Origin: Patescibacteria group bacterium
GTDB taxonomy: Bacteria > Patescibacteriota > Microgenomatia > UBA8517
Length of the DNA stretch: 64,000 bases
Assembly (NCBI GenBank): GCA_026416845.1
Contig: JAOAEL010000006.1
Span: 390 to 64,389, forward strand
Direction: 5' to 3'
This document shows positions 40,880-51,904 of the stretch, in pieces; position 1 is the stretch's first letter; each line of letters opens with the position of its first letter. Below the pieces are notes generated by a model. It did no database searches. It worked only from the letters and a program-made list of their open reading frames with translations, and was not told the origin of the DNA. A program made the position numbers and the translations under genes.

Positions 40880-40960
40880 TGTCCCAACAAATATTTTTCC
40901 AGTTGTATCTTTATTGATTCTACTTCCGGCAATTCAGGTATCAAACAATTATACAACCAA
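40880..40960 (-). repeat. duplicated fragment of the mutM 5' end (~80% identical by eye to 39690-39760; encodes IPELPEVESIKIQLEKYLLGH)
   Basis: Both nucleotide similarity and the 62-aa ORF 40768..40956, whose first ~23 codons match the MutM N-terminus before diverging. Confidence 0.55.
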
Positions 40961-41130
40961 AATTACCAAATGGCTTTTTATTTTATAAAAGCTCTAATAA
41001 AAGATTGAAATAAAACTTTCTTAATTGTTTTAGGATTAACAAATCTCTCCACTCAAGATCCTTAGGGATAGGAAGCACGCCGTGTGGTAATAAATCTATA
41101 CCTTAATGGTAACATTTAAATTAAGAAAAC

Positions 41131-41772
41131 TTATATTTTGGCATCTGACAAACACTTAGCAAGCCGTTTTACCATTTTTGCTTTTTCAAGTGGACTTGTT
41201 ACACAATACTCGTTTTTCCCTGTATCTTTTATCCACACATCAGGTTCATAATTATTACCCTCAAGTGATAAAATTGTTTGGTAGCGGACACACCCTTCTG
41301 GAGTTCCTCTTACTTCAGATAAAAAAACATCCGTAGAATCATTAATGATCTTGCGTAGTGATACAGTAAACGCGTCAGAATCTGAAACTTGCACATTCCA
41401 AACAACATACAATTGTAATACATTTCCTAGCTCATAAGCACCTACTCTTTTATCAAACACTTCTTCTCTAAGATGTCCTATTCGAGCATTACCTGCCCAT
41501 AAGTTGGCTATACAAAAAGCCGCTAAAAACTTAGCAAACTCTTTTTCAATCTCCGTCAAAAACTTATCAGCTCCCTCATCTGAATCAAAATTTGCATAAG
41601 ATATTTGTCTAACAAAATCTAAATAATGTCGTTTATTGTCAAAAAGAATTGTCACTACGTCAGTAATAACACTATACCCCACCTCTTCTAGAATTGACTT
41701 CGCTAACGAACACAATTGGATCTGCAACTTCACCCATTCAGAAAATCTTATTCTGCCACTTTCTTGAGTCAT
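41131..41772 (-). CDS. hypothetical protein (213 aa)
   Basis: Coherent ORF; no family recognised. Confidence 0.5.
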   Translation of the reverse strand: MTQESGRIRFSEWVKLQIQLCSLAKSILEEVGYSVITDVVTILFDNKRHYLDFVRQISYANFDSDEGADKFLTEIEKEFAKFLAAFCIANLWAGNARIGHLREEVFDKRVGAYELGNVLQLYVVWNVQVSDSDAFTVSLRKIINDSTDVFLSEVRGTPEGCVRYQTILSLEGNNYEPDVWIKDTGKNEYCVTSPLEKAKMVKRLAKCLSDAKI

Positions 41773-42055
41773 GGCAACAGAAATTTAACAAACAAATAAA
41801 TTTTTGTCAAACTGGCATCAATACTACTATTGATTAAAACTTTCCTCTATCAGTTAACTAAATTCATTTGATCATCTGATAAACCAAAATAAAACCTACC
41901 CACATCCGTTTCATGTTTTTGCCCACTAGACAAAAAAATCAAAACCACTACAATCCTTAATATATTCAAATACAATAAGCAAGGAAGACTCCGTTAAGAT
42001 AAATATAATTTATACTCAAGCCATAAAAGGAATAAGAGTAGAAAGTCAAGGCGCT

Positions 42056-42286
42056 TTGAGCGCCGGTAGGTTTTTTGAAAAATGTGCAAGAGAGGATTTA
42101 AGAAGTCTTGGTGTAACACAAGAAAACGTTGTACGTAGAGTTCTAAAGCTCGCAAATTGCATACAAAAACTAGCAAACTCAATCTACTATGCCAGAGTTA
42201 CTCCTTCTAAAGAAATTTGCTCTGATTGTCCTTTTTTTGAAGGTTGTGTAATCAGAAACGAGAATAACAAAAATTCTGGTAAATAA
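42056..42286 (+). CDS. small Cys-containing hypothetical protein (76 aa)
   Basis: ORF with CSDCPFFEGC; weak support. Confidence 0.25.
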   Translation: MSAGRFFEKCAREDLRSLGVTQENVVRRVLKLANCIQKLANSIYYARVTPSKEICSDCPFFEGCVIRNENNKNSGK

Positions 42287-43406
42287 TTTGAAAGATCTTA
42301 CTTTTAAATCTCTCTTTTGAAAACCTATTAGCATGTTTTACACAATCTTTTCTCTTAATCTTTTTACAAAAATATTGGTCAAATTTCCTAAGAGCAGAAA
42401 CTAAAGACTCTTCAGTTGGCTCATCAAAAAACAAACCTGTCTTTCCTTCTATAACCGTCTCTTTGACACCTCCGCTTTTTAAGGCAATAACAGGACAGCC
42501 AACACCCATCGCTTCAACAGGCGTGATGCCAAAATCTTCAAATTCAGATGGAAATATATAAGCTTTAGCATTTGCCATTAACAAAAATTTTTCCTCATCT
42601 GTAACCTCTCCCAGAAACTCAATGTTAAATTTGGAATCTAAAGACAAAGAAGAAGAAACAAGTTGTTTTAATTCCTCTCCATAACCTGCAAAACTTTTGC
42701 CAAAAATTTTAAGATTAACCTTAAGCGACAAGCAAGCCTTGATTGCCAAATCAATTCTCTTTGCACGGGCCAGTCTCCCTCCGCACAGATAGTAAGGAGA
42801 ATTGTTTTTCCTGCTTTTAGAATTTGGTTTTTTATATTTAGCCACATCCACTGGCGGATAAATCACGATTGATTTTTTACGGTAAAACTTTTCTATCCTT
42901 TTTTGAACTTCTTTTGAATTTGCGATAAAACAATCAACTTGTTGCGCCGCTTTGAAATCAATCATACGAAGTATGTGATTTAGTATGTGTATAAAAGGCA
43001 GAAGCCATTTGGAAGGTTTTCTGGCTGTAGGATATCCATATAAATATCTGGGCGGAGTGTGGCAATAGCAAACAAGCTTTGCATTGCCTTTTTTGACTAA
43101 ATTAGGGAAATAAGCTCCAGTTTGCGAAACAACAATTACATCATAGCTGGACAAATCCATTGAGCTAAAGACATAGGGCGAAATAATCCTGAAAAGACTA
43201 ATCAATTTCTCCGAAAAAGGAAAATATTGCAAAAAAGAAGCTCTGATGTCCCAATTTTTGAATCTTAATTCATGAGGTCCTAGGTACTTTGGCGAATAAA
43301 GCAAGGTATAAACAGGCGCGTCTGGAAAAATCTCATGCAAGGTTTCTAGAACTCTCTCTGCTCCACCATATTCTTTTATGTAATCATGGACCAAAGCAAT
43401 CTTCAT
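42252..43406 (-). CDS. family 4 glycosyltransferase
   Basis: N-terminal MKIALVHDY…GGAERV and C-terminal EFEDFGITPVEAMGVGCPVIA (EX7E motif); start moved to Met 1 nt after the exonuclease stop. Confidence 0.85.
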   Translation of the reverse strand: MKIALVHDYIKEYGGAERVLETLHEIFPDAPVYTLLYSPKYLGPHELRFKNWDIRASFLQYFPFSEKLISLFRIISPYVFSSMDLSSYDVIVVSQTGAYFPNLVKKGNAKLVCYCHTPPRYLYGYPTARKPSKWLLPFIHILNHILRMIDFKAAQQVDCFIANSKEVQKRIEKFYRKKSIVIYPPVDVAKYKKPNSKSRKNNSPYYLCGGRLARAKRIDLAIKACLSLKVNLKIFGKSFAGYGEELKQLVSSSLSLDSKFNIEFLGEVTDEEKFLLMANAKAYIFPSEFEDFGITPVEAMGVGCPVIALKSGGVKETVIEGKTGLFFDEPTEESLVSALRKFDQYFCKKIKRKDCVKHANRFSKERFKSKIFQIIYQNFCYSRF

Positions 43407-43407
43407 A

Positions 43408-44328
43408 TCAAAACAAACTTGTTTGCTGTTTTTTCGAGATTTCTTTTGCCGTCTTTTTGATCCTTTCAACTAAACTTTTAAAACCAATTTCTTCATATTT
43501 TGCTAACGCTTCCCTGCTAACTAAATCCCATTTAGAAGCTTTGTCAAAATCAATCACAATATCAACATCTGTGACAATTTGAGCTAATTTGTATGACAAT
43601 TCGCCGCTTTCACGACCTTCAATCAGTTTGTTTCTAATTTTTTCCGGTATTTTCTCAAGATTTTTGTAAATCTCGCTAAAACTGCCAAATTGAGCAAGAA
43701 GGCTGCAAGCTGTTTTGGGACCAATTCCGGGAACGCCTTTGTAATTATCCGACATATCTCCAACAAGTCCTTTTAGATCCGCAATTTGCGAAGGCAAAAC
43801 ACCCATGCGCTGTCGCGCTTTTTCTTCATCATACATAACAGCTTGCGTCATGCCATTTTGGGGCATAAAAAGCGATATGTGATTTCTGTCATCAACTAGT
43901 TGCAATAAATCTCTGTCTCCAGTTACAACAACAATTTGACCAAAAACCAAAGGCGTATCTTCAACCGCTTTTTTTGCAATTGTGCCAATTAAATCATCCG
44001 CTTCAAAACCGTTATGAGAATAAACCGGTATGCCAATTGCGTTAATCAGATCAGGAGCTTTTTTGATTTGCGAAATTAAATCATCATCAGGGTGGGATCT
44101 GTTTTCCTGATAAGTCTTTAGGATTTTATGCCTGAAATTTTCTCCTTCCTCATCAAAGCAAAAAATAATATGAGTAGGACGCAAGTCGGAAATTGTCTTG
44201 ACAAGTATAGAAACTACACCATAAAGCGCTCCAATATGCTCGGCTTTGTAGTTAGTAAGCTTTGGCATGGCATGATATGCCCTATGCAAAATCGCATTGC
44301 CATCAAAAATTATTAATCTGTTTTCCAT
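43408..44328 (-). CDS. 5'-3' exonuclease (FEN/Pol I N-terminal-domain family)
   Basis: LIIFDGNAILHRAYHA, GFEADDLIGT, H3TH region GDMSDNYKGVPGIGPKTA. Confidence 0.9.
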   Translation of the reverse strand: MENRLIIFDGNAILHRAYHAMPKLTNYKAEHIGALYGVVSILVKTISDLRPTHIIFCFDEEGENFRHKILKTYQENRSHPDDDLISQIKKAPDLINAIGIPVYSHNGFEADDLIGTIAKKAVEDTPLVFGQIVVVTGDRDLLQLVDDRNHISLFMPQNGMTQAVMYDEEKARQRMGVLPSQIADLKGLVGDMSDNYKGVPGIGPKTACSLLAQFGSFSEIYKNLEKIPEKIRNKLIEGRESGELSYKLAQIVTDVDIVIDFDKASKWDLVSREALAKYEEIGFKSLVERIKKTAKEISKKQQTSLF

Positions 44329-44398
44329 TAAAAATAAGTTTATATCAGGTATGACAATTTTTTGAAATTGGGAAATAAAAAGGGGAAAAAGAAATAAT

Positions 44399-44824
44399 TT
44401 ACTTCAAATATTCAGCCATAATTTTTTGGCGATCTCTTTCAAGTTCATCAAGTTGTTTTTCAATACCTGCGCTTATTTCCTTGAGGTCATCACGCACACT
44501 CCAGTTACTAGTTCTATTTATATATGCCCAATGCTGTAAAAGTTGTTTCCTGCGATTATCCATAGCTTCGTTCAGATATTCAAATTGCATATGCTTAGGA
44601 AGTTCATGCCACTCGGGAAAAGTCGACAAATAAGTCACATCATACTCGCCATATTCAATTGCTTGTCTAAGAGTAATTCTCTTTTTGGAACTAGATGATT
44701 TAGCTTTTGGAATTTCCGGAGTTAAATCTTTTTCAAAAGAATCCGAATCTTTGTCTTGATTATAGTCGTCAGACATAAAACAAAAACTATTTTTGCTGGC
44801 GCTAATTAACTTTAGTATAAACAA
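44399..44824 (-). CDS. hypothetical protein
   Basis: 141-aa ORF; start may be internal (MSDDYNQ). Confidence 0.4.
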   Translation of the reverse strand: MFILKLISASKNSFCFMSDDYNQDKDSDSFEKDLTPEIPKAKSSSSKKRITLRQAIEYGEYDVTYLSTFPEWHELPKHMQFEYLNEAMDNRRKQLLQHWAYINRTSNWSVRDDLKEISAGIEKQLDELERDRQKIMAEYLK

Positions 44825-44856
44825 AATTTAAGCACTATCAATAATTATTGATTATA

Positions 44857-45288
44857 TTACCCATTCACTTTATTTTTTAAACAACATTTTTCCGAGGTAA
44901 TACATTCACCTTTAACACTCAATAAGCCTTCGTTTTCACTAAACTCTGGTTGACAACATGAAACAACAAGACAACGCAAACAACTCAAACAAGCAAGCGT
45001 CAATCGATCTTTTACCTTGGGAATTTTTGCTCCGCTTGCCGGAACCTGTTCTTGCAAAGATAAAGATTCAAAATCATAAAAAAACAAATAAACAGGACCT
45101 CGAGCGCTTCCTTCAACCAATAAACAGCGATCTTCAATACCGGCAAGATTCCCATGTATAATATCAGCATGATAATTTTGTTCACTATTCGGACTGCAAT
45201 CAAAATGCGCTAAACAATTTTGACACACTATTCTCAACACTACTTCACCTGACAAACCAACTGGCAAAACAAATTTCCTTTCTTTCAT
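44857..45288 (-). CDS. Cys-rich hypothetical protein (possibly YceD/DUF177-like)
   Basis: 143 aa with paired Cys clusters (CQNCLAHFDC…, CLSCLRCLVVSCC); 4-nt overlap with ftsH. Confidence 0.45.
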   Translation of the reverse strand: MKERKFVLPVGLSGEVVLRIVCQNCLAHFDCSPNSEQNYHADIIHGNLAGIEDRCLLVEGSARGPVYLFFYDFESLSLQEQVPASGAKIPKVKDRLTLACLSCLRCLVVSCCQPEFSENEGLLSVKGECITSEKCCLKNKVNG

Positions 45289-47153
45289 AATTTGCTATTC
45301 TTTTCAAAATTTACTATCTTTTCAAATTCATCTCTTTCAAGCGTTTCTTTGGCAAGAAGAGCGTTAGCTACATCGTCAAGCTGTTTTCTATGCTTTTTTA
45401 GAATAATCAAAGCCTGTTCGTATCCGGAATCAATAATTTTTTTCACTTCAGCATCTATTTTCTCCTGCATCGCAGGCGAAACTTGGAAACCATCAGCCAA
45501 AAAACCAAAATCAGGATCAGGTTGGGGAGACAAATTAATAGGGCCTAAAGAACTCATGCCAAAATCCGTCACCATTGCTCTTGCCAGAGCCGTAGCGCGC
45601 TCTATATCGTTTGATGCTCCAGATGTCATTTCGTTAAATATCAACTCCTCAGCAGCTCTACCACCAAGCATTGCGGCAATTTGATCAAGCATGCGAGATT
45701 TGGTTTCATGTGTGCGATCCGCGGCCGGCGGAATAAGAGTATGCCCCAAGCTCATTCCACGAGCGACTATTGAAATTCTATGTACCGGATCCATCTTAGG
45801 CAAAAAGTGTGTAACAATTGCATGACCAGATTCATGGTAGGCGGTAATTTTGCGATCCTCTTCCGATTGCAGGCGTTTTTTGGCAGGACCTAGTTTTACT
45901 TTGGTTGCGGCTTCTTCTATGTCTACCATCTCAATTTCTTTTTTGTTTTCACGAGCCGCCTGTATTGCCGCCTCATTAAGCATATTTTCAAGATCTGCCC
46001 CAGAAAAACCAACAGTCCTGTCGGCAACTCGTTCCCAGTTGATGTTTTTCGCAAATTTCTTACCTTTTGCGTGAATTTTCAAAATTTCTCTCCTGCCATC
46101 CCTGTCGGGCATGTCAAGCGTCACTCTTCTGTCAAATCTCCCCGGTCTTAAAAGCGCAGGGTCAAGCAAATCGCCTCTGTTGGTGGCGGCAATTACAATG
46201 ACATTGTCATTCGGAGTAAATCCATCCATTTCTACAAGAATTTGATTAAGCGTCTGCTCGCGTTCATCATGTCCTCCCATCACTCCACGCCCTCTTTGTC
46301 TGCCAATAGCGTCAATTTCGTCTATGAAAATTATTGAAGGAGCGGCAGCTTTTGCCTGAGCAAAAAGATCTCTCACACGAGAAGCTCCCACTCCAACAAG
46401 CATTTCCATAAATTCGCTTCCCGCCATTGAAAAAAATGGCACTCCAGCCTCGCCAGCAACAGCTTTGGCAAGAAGTGTTTTGCCAACACCCGCGGGACCA
46501 AAAAGCAAAACACCTTTAGGGGTACGAGCTCCAATATTTTTGTACTTTGTTGGATTTTTCAAAAAATCAACTACTTCCTCAAGTTCTTTTTTAGCGTCGT
46601 CAACTCCTGCAACATCCTTGAAAGTTACATTTTGTTTGCCTTTGGCAAAAAGTCTGGCTTTGCTTCTGCCAAAAGAAAAGATATCCTGCGCACCTTTAGT
46701 TTGGGCTTTAAGTATAAAAAAGAAAAAAGCCGCCATCAAAACAAGAGGCAAAATTAAACCCAAAAAGTCGCTTGCAGCTCGCGACAAAGACTGATCTACA
46801 ACTTTATAAGGAACAGTTGAAGGATCTACTCCCGATTTTTCAAGCAAGTTGGCAAGGCTGTCAGAGGCTTCTTTAGTGCTAGTTTTTACCGATCCGTCCT
46901 CATAAGTTAGTATAAGCTTGCTATCTTGAACTAAAACTTCTTTCACTTTGCCATCCTTTATATCCCTTATAGCCTGTGAAATATCCACACGACTATTGGT
47001 TCGTTGAAGGTCAATAATAGATACTATCACTGGCAAAAAGAAAATTATCAGAAAAATGGCAATCAATATTTTCCAAACATTTAACTTAAGCTTTAATTCA
47101 AACAAAGCCTTTTTTTTGCCGTTTTTTTGTTTATTTTGATTTAAAATTTTCAT
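45285..47153 (-). CDS. ftsH: ATP-dependent zinc metalloprotease FtsH
   Basis: N-terminal TM helices, Walker [27 protein letters not shown] region, zinc site HESGHAI. Confidence 0.95.
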   Translation of the reverse strand: MKILNQNKQKNGKKKALFELKLKLNVWKILIAIFLIIFFLPVIVSIIDLQRTNSRVDISQAIRDIKDGKVKEVLVQDSKLILTYEDGSVKTSTKEASDSLANLLEKSGVDPSTVPYKVVDQSLSRAASDFLGLILPLVLMAAFFFFILKAQTKGAQDIFSFGRSKARLFAKGKQNVTFKDVAGVDDAKKELEEVVDFLKNPTKYKNIGARTPKGVLLFGPAGVGKTLLAKAVAGEAGVPFFSMAGSEFMEMLVGVGASRVRDLFAQAKAAAPSIIFIDEIDAIGRQRGRGVMGGHDEREQTLNQILVEMDGFTPNDNVIVIAATNRGDLLDPALLRPGRFDRRVTLDMPDRDGRREILKIHAKGKKFAKNINWERVADRTVGFSGADLENMLNEAAIQAARENKKEIEMVDIEEAATKVKLGPAKKRLQSEEDRKITAYHESGHAIVTHFLPKMDPVHRISIVARGMSLGHTLIPPAADRTHETKSRMLDQIAAMLGGRAAEELIFNEMTSGASNDIERATALARAMVTDFGMSSLGPINLSPQPDPDFGFLADGFQVSPAMQEKIDAEVKKIIDSGYEQALIILKKHRKQLDDVANALLAKETLERDEFEKIVNFEKNSKL

Positions 47154-47214
47154 TTCCTTTAAATTATTCTCAGTAAGAGTGGATTATATCAAACGAAAAC
47201 TATTTAAAGAAGCT

Positions 47215-47595
47215 TCAAATAACTTTCGTGCCATTTGGAACTTTTTCAGATAAACTAAAAAGGACCGGCTTATTTTTTTCAGGATCCTTATCATCAGAAA
47301 CAAAATTTGCGGCCAAGAGCATACCCTCAGAATAATTTTGGATTCCATTTTCGTCTTTGGGACCAATTTTTTTAGGCACAAGATTTACGACAAACGGAAA
47401 TTGCCTGCCTATTATTTCTTCGGGGACATAAAACTTCATAATACCTGCAAATACAGTTTTGACACCAATCTCAGGACCAAAATCCACGGTAAGTTTCATC
47501 ACCCAATGGCTCCAGCTTGGGATAGTAGCATCTAAAACCGTGCCAATTCTGATATCTATTTTCTGAAAATCACAAAGGAAAATTTCGCTTGACAT
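47215..47595 (-). CDS. tRNA-binding domain protein (CsaA/EMAP-II-like OB fold)
   Basis: DIRIGTVL…VDFGPEIGVKTVFAGI…EGMLLAA matches the Myf/CsaA tRNA-binding domain pattern. Confidence 0.7.
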   Translation of the reverse strand: MSSEIFLCDFQKIDIRIGTVLDATIPSWSHWVMKLTVDFGPEIGVKTVFAGIMKFYVPEEIIGRQFPFVVNLVPKKIGPKDENGIQNYSEGMLLAANFVSDDKDPEKNKPVLFSLSEKVPNGTKVI

Positions 47596-47706
47596 AAGAT
47601 TTACTATTATATTAAAGCATTAAAAAGCAACCAATAGCTTAAATTTTGTAAAATTTCTTTAAAAAAAATAAAAACTTAATATATTTTTATATATTTCTAA
47701 TAATTT

Positions 47707-48537
47707 ATGACAGATTACGATCCTTACATTTGGTCAATTAGTAAAGAAAATACTAACAAAGAATATGTGCCAAATATCAAAAGAGCGGGCTTACTGAATA
47801 AAAACCGGGAATTTGCCGATTTCTCTGAGCTGTGGAACCCTATCCAAGAAAAAATTCCAGAAACATTCTTAAGAACAATAGCTGTTATAAATTTCGCAAG
47901 AGCAGAGGATCCCGGAGGACAAATTTTCGCCAGAAAACTTTATGGTGCACCTATAATTGGCAAGCACGAAGAAACTTCCTTTGTCGATGAAAAAACCCAA
48001 ATGAGACAAAGCTTAATATACATGAATGTTGACAAAAGTGTAAAAATTACAAAAGAAGAGTTTAGAGCCGTTCTTGTCCACGAAATAGGGCACGCCGTTT
48101 TCAGAAATTTAAAAGAAGACGAGCTAGAAAGGTGGTCTGCTATCGACACAGTTGAAAAAACTAGTGTCTCCGAATACGTTTCTGATAGAAGGAAATCCGG
48201 CAAACAACAAGATACAGTCAAAGACGATTTTTGCGAAAGTTTCGCCCTTTTTGTAGAAATTCCTGGATTATTAAAAATAATTGCGCCACAAAGATATGCA
48301 TACATGGAAAAATTATTTAGCAATCATGACGAACCTTTATTGATAGCAAAAAAAAGAGAAAACAGAGAAAGAGAAGTGGAAAAATACCAAACTGAAATGA
48401 GAAATCTGGGTTGGGATGAAGAAAAAATTCGTGCCGGTTATCAAGATGGTAAAAGATATCCATTAAACTGGATACCTCAATACATCCAAAAATACACTAA
48501 CACTACAAATACACCTGAAAGAGAACAAACAGAGTAA
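47707..48537 (+). CDS. putative zinc metallopeptidase-like protein (HExxH)
   Basis: AVLVHEIGHAVF motif; otherwise uncharacterised. Confidence 0.5.
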   Translation: MTDYDPYIWSISKENTNKEYVPNIKRAGLLNKNREFADFSELWNPIQEKIPETFLRTIAVINFARAEDPGGQIFARKLYGAPIIGKHEETSFVDEKTQMRQSLIYMNVDKSVKITKEEFRAVLVHEIGHAVFRNLKEDELERWSAIDTVEKTSVSEYVSDRRKSGKQQDTVKDDFCESFALFVEIPGLLKIIAPQRYAYMEKLFSNHDEPLLIAKKRENREREVEKYQTEMRNLGWDEEKIRAGYQDGKRYPLNWIPQYIQKYTNTTNTPEREQTE

Positions 48538-48622
48538 CAAATTAGCTTTGATCAAGAACACATTACTAAAATACATTACTTAAGCAAGCAAATTGGTTTT
48601 GAATTAAGTGAAAATTAAAAAA

Positions 48623-49624
<1,002 letters not shown>

Positions 49625-49692
49625 CTACAAACTCAAAGTACTCTATTATCTCAAAAAAGGTAAGGAAAAACACTTGAAAAAAGAGCAGATAA

Positions 49693-50682
49693 CTATTGCC
49701 TTGTCGGAGATCTAGTAGTAATAGTAGGAACTTGCTCATCAGAATTTCGTCTTAAACTAGAACTAGGCAACAACACAACAGCATTAAAGCTCTTACAATA
49801 TTTATCACCAGTTTCATCTGTAACTTGGAGAGAAAATGGAGAGTTAACTATTTCATCAAGAACGGTATACTTAGAAGCATGTTCAGATCGAGCATAAGCT
49901 TCGTAAAGGGTATTACCCACAGGGGAAGTATCATACTTGCTTACTAAATCAGCTGTCCAAATTAGATCTGGTTTTTGAGTAAAACCAGTAAAAAAAGAAT
50001 CTTCTTTGGTATGGTAGGAACGCATAGAGTAAACTATGCCTCTTGATCCTAGATTACTATCCAAAAAACTTCTTAAACTTTGAGCTGCAGTTGTATCAGA
50101 ATTTGGCAAACTTTGCTCACCTAAACAAACCACTTGAATTCCCAAATTTTTTGCCACTAATAAAATTGAAGCATATCCAATACCATATTCTTGTCTAAAG
50201 TCATGCAAAATTCCATCATCATCACCTTTGATGTAACGATTCATCCTCTCTTCCCAACTTTTACTAATATCTAAAGCAATAAAAGAAATCAATTTTCTAT
50301 CTTTATTTCCACTTATCAGAAGTGAAGAAACAAACTCAGACTCAGCAAGTACTTTATCTGGATTACCCATCTCTCCAGCTTTAAAACACAAAATTCGAGC
50401 ATGGCCACTTGCAATTCTGTTTAGTATAGAATCTATCGCGTTTTTACCATGCTTATCTATATAATCAACTTGCTCAGAAGTAACCTCCTCAGAAGGAACA
50501 ATCGGTAAAGATTCACAATACTTTTGGGCTTGGTCGAGTTTTTGTTGGTGGTACTTTTCATCAAAATATCCTTTTAAAACCGATCCCGTTACGACTAAGG
50601 AACCAATTCGTCCCAAAAGTCCCAAAACATTACGTCTGCTAACACGATATTCTCTTCGAGATTCTTCGGGTATCTCGGACAT
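49693..50682 (-). CDS. hypothetical exported protein with Tat-like signal
   Basis: N-terminus SRRNVLGLLGRIGSLVVTGSV (twin-arginine-like); 329 aa. Confidence 0.5.
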   Translation of the reverse strand: MSEIPEESRREYRVSRRNVLGLLGRIGSLVVTGSVLKGYFDEKYHQQKLDQAQKYCESLPIVPSEEVTSEQVDYIDKHGKNAIDSILNRIASGHARILCFKAGEMGNPDKVLAESEFVSSLLISGNKDRKLISFIALDISKSWEERMNRYIKGDDDGILHDFRQEYGIGYASILLVAKNLGIQVVCLGEQSLPNSDTTAAQSLRSFLDSNLGSRGIVYSMRSYHTKEDSFFTGFTQKPDLIWTADLVSKYDTSPVGNTLYEAYARSEHASKYTVLDEIVNSPFSLQVTDETGDKYCKSFNAVVLLPSSSLRRNSDEQVPTITTRSPTRQ

Positions 50683-50776
50683 AAGATTGTAAGTATTTAA
50701 AATAAACTAGCCAATAAACTAAGCTAGTACTAGTTTAGGGGCAACTTTAAAATAAAGTCAATACTCAAATTTATTG

Positions 50777-50850
50777 TGCCAGGGGCGAGATTCGAACTCG
50801 CGACCTTCGGTTTATGAATCCGATGCTCTAACCAACTGAGCTACCCAGGC
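50777..50850 (-). tRNA. tRNA with CAU anticodon (elongator Met or Ile2-lysidine type)
   Basis: Reverse complement GCCTGGGTAGCTCAGTTGGTTAGAGCATCGGATTCATAAACCGAAGGTCGCGAGTTCGAATCTCGCCCCTGGCA: anticodon loop UUCAUAA, G1-C72 pair, no GGG/CCC in anticodon stem (so not the initiator). Confidence 0.75.
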
Positions 50851-50960
50851 CTTGGCAAATTTTATCGTATTTGAATTGGCTTCTCAATCAATATATAATT
50901 GCAAATAAGATTAAAATCTTATTTTATCTTGATTTTAAAATAATCACCTAAAAAAATTCA

Positions 50961-51030
50961 TGCGGGGTAGTGTACGGCTGCACGGGAGGCTCATAATCTC
51001 CCAGGCTGGGTTCAACTCCCAGCCCCGCAA
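50961..51030 (+). tRNA. second CAU-anticodon tRNA, unusual (U1-A72, short D-loop)
   Basis: TGCGGGGTAGTGTACGGCTGCACGGGAGGCTCATAATCTCCCAGGCTGGGTTCAACTCCCAGCCCCGCAA: acceptor TGCGGGG/CCCCGCA, anticodon loop CUCAUAA, T-loop TTCAACT; 70 nt. Confidence 0.55.
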
Positions 51031-51352
51031 CATATATCACACTTAATAACTTAAAAGAAGACAAAAAAGTAAAAATTACTTTCAGGCCAATCATAGCGAT
51101 AGAAATAATTGTTCAAAAAAAATTTCTTAATATAGTTATTCTCTAAACTTTAAAAAATGTTTTTTAAGCCTAATTATAATTTAATTCTTGTGCCAAGAAG
51201 AAAAAATTTAAGTCAAATTTGTCACAAAAGGTTAAATCACAAATGAAAATTTAGAATATTGGCACGGACTACGTTCAAACACATGCCAAGCAAACCATGA
51301 CTGAAAACTAAAAAAACATACAACATTTATTAAAAAACTGAATAAACAAAAA

Positions 51353-51760
51353 TCAGTTATAAAAAATTTTTAACCACATTTCCCAATTAGAAACCTTTTC
51401 TTCTTTTACATCATCATAAAGCCTGGGAACAATTTTTCTTAATTCATCTTCAGAAGGCAAAACAACCACTATCTCTCCTTGCCTTGCCATACCAAGTTTG
51501 TCCCGTAGCATTTTTTCCGCAAAATAAAAATCATCTGTTTCTTTTAACTTTTCTTTAATCTCTGACTGTTTATCCAACTCTACCTGAACTTTTTGTTCGT
51601 ACTTGGAAACAATATTGATAGCACTAAAATACTGAAATAAGGTTTTAAAAAACGAACTTAAAAAAAGCAAAAGAAATACAATACCTGTATAAAAAACAAT
51701 TTTGGAAAATTTACTTTCTTTTTGGGAAAAAACATTTCTTTTTGAAACTATTTTATTCAT
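51353..51760 (-). CDS. FtsB/DivIC-like septum formation initiator (tentative)
   Basis: Single N-terminal TM helix, coiled-coil, C-terminal AEKMLRDKLGMARQGEIVVVLP resembles the FtsB/DivIC family C-terminus. Confidence 0.45.
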   Translation of the reverse strand: MNKIVSKRNVFSQKESKFSKIVFYTGIVFLLLFLSSFFKTLFQYFSAINIVSKYEQKVQVELDKQSEIKEKLKETDDFYFAEKMLRDKLGMARQGEIVVVLPSEDELRKIVPRLYDDVKEEKVSNWEMWLKIFYN

Positions 51761-51904
51761 ACAATTTACAATAAAAACATTGACCTGTTTTTAAAAACTA
51801 TGATACCATTGTTCAAATAATATAATAACTTACCATTTATTTTAGTTTAAATATAATACAAATTTCACAAATCTAAAATTTTATCAACAAAAAATCAAAA
51901 ATTT

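Noticed and set aside
45292-46794. Three plus-strand ORFs (130, 74, 109 aa) inside ftsH
   Set aside because: Antisense to FtsH; relatively GC-rich genes commonly give long antisense open frames.
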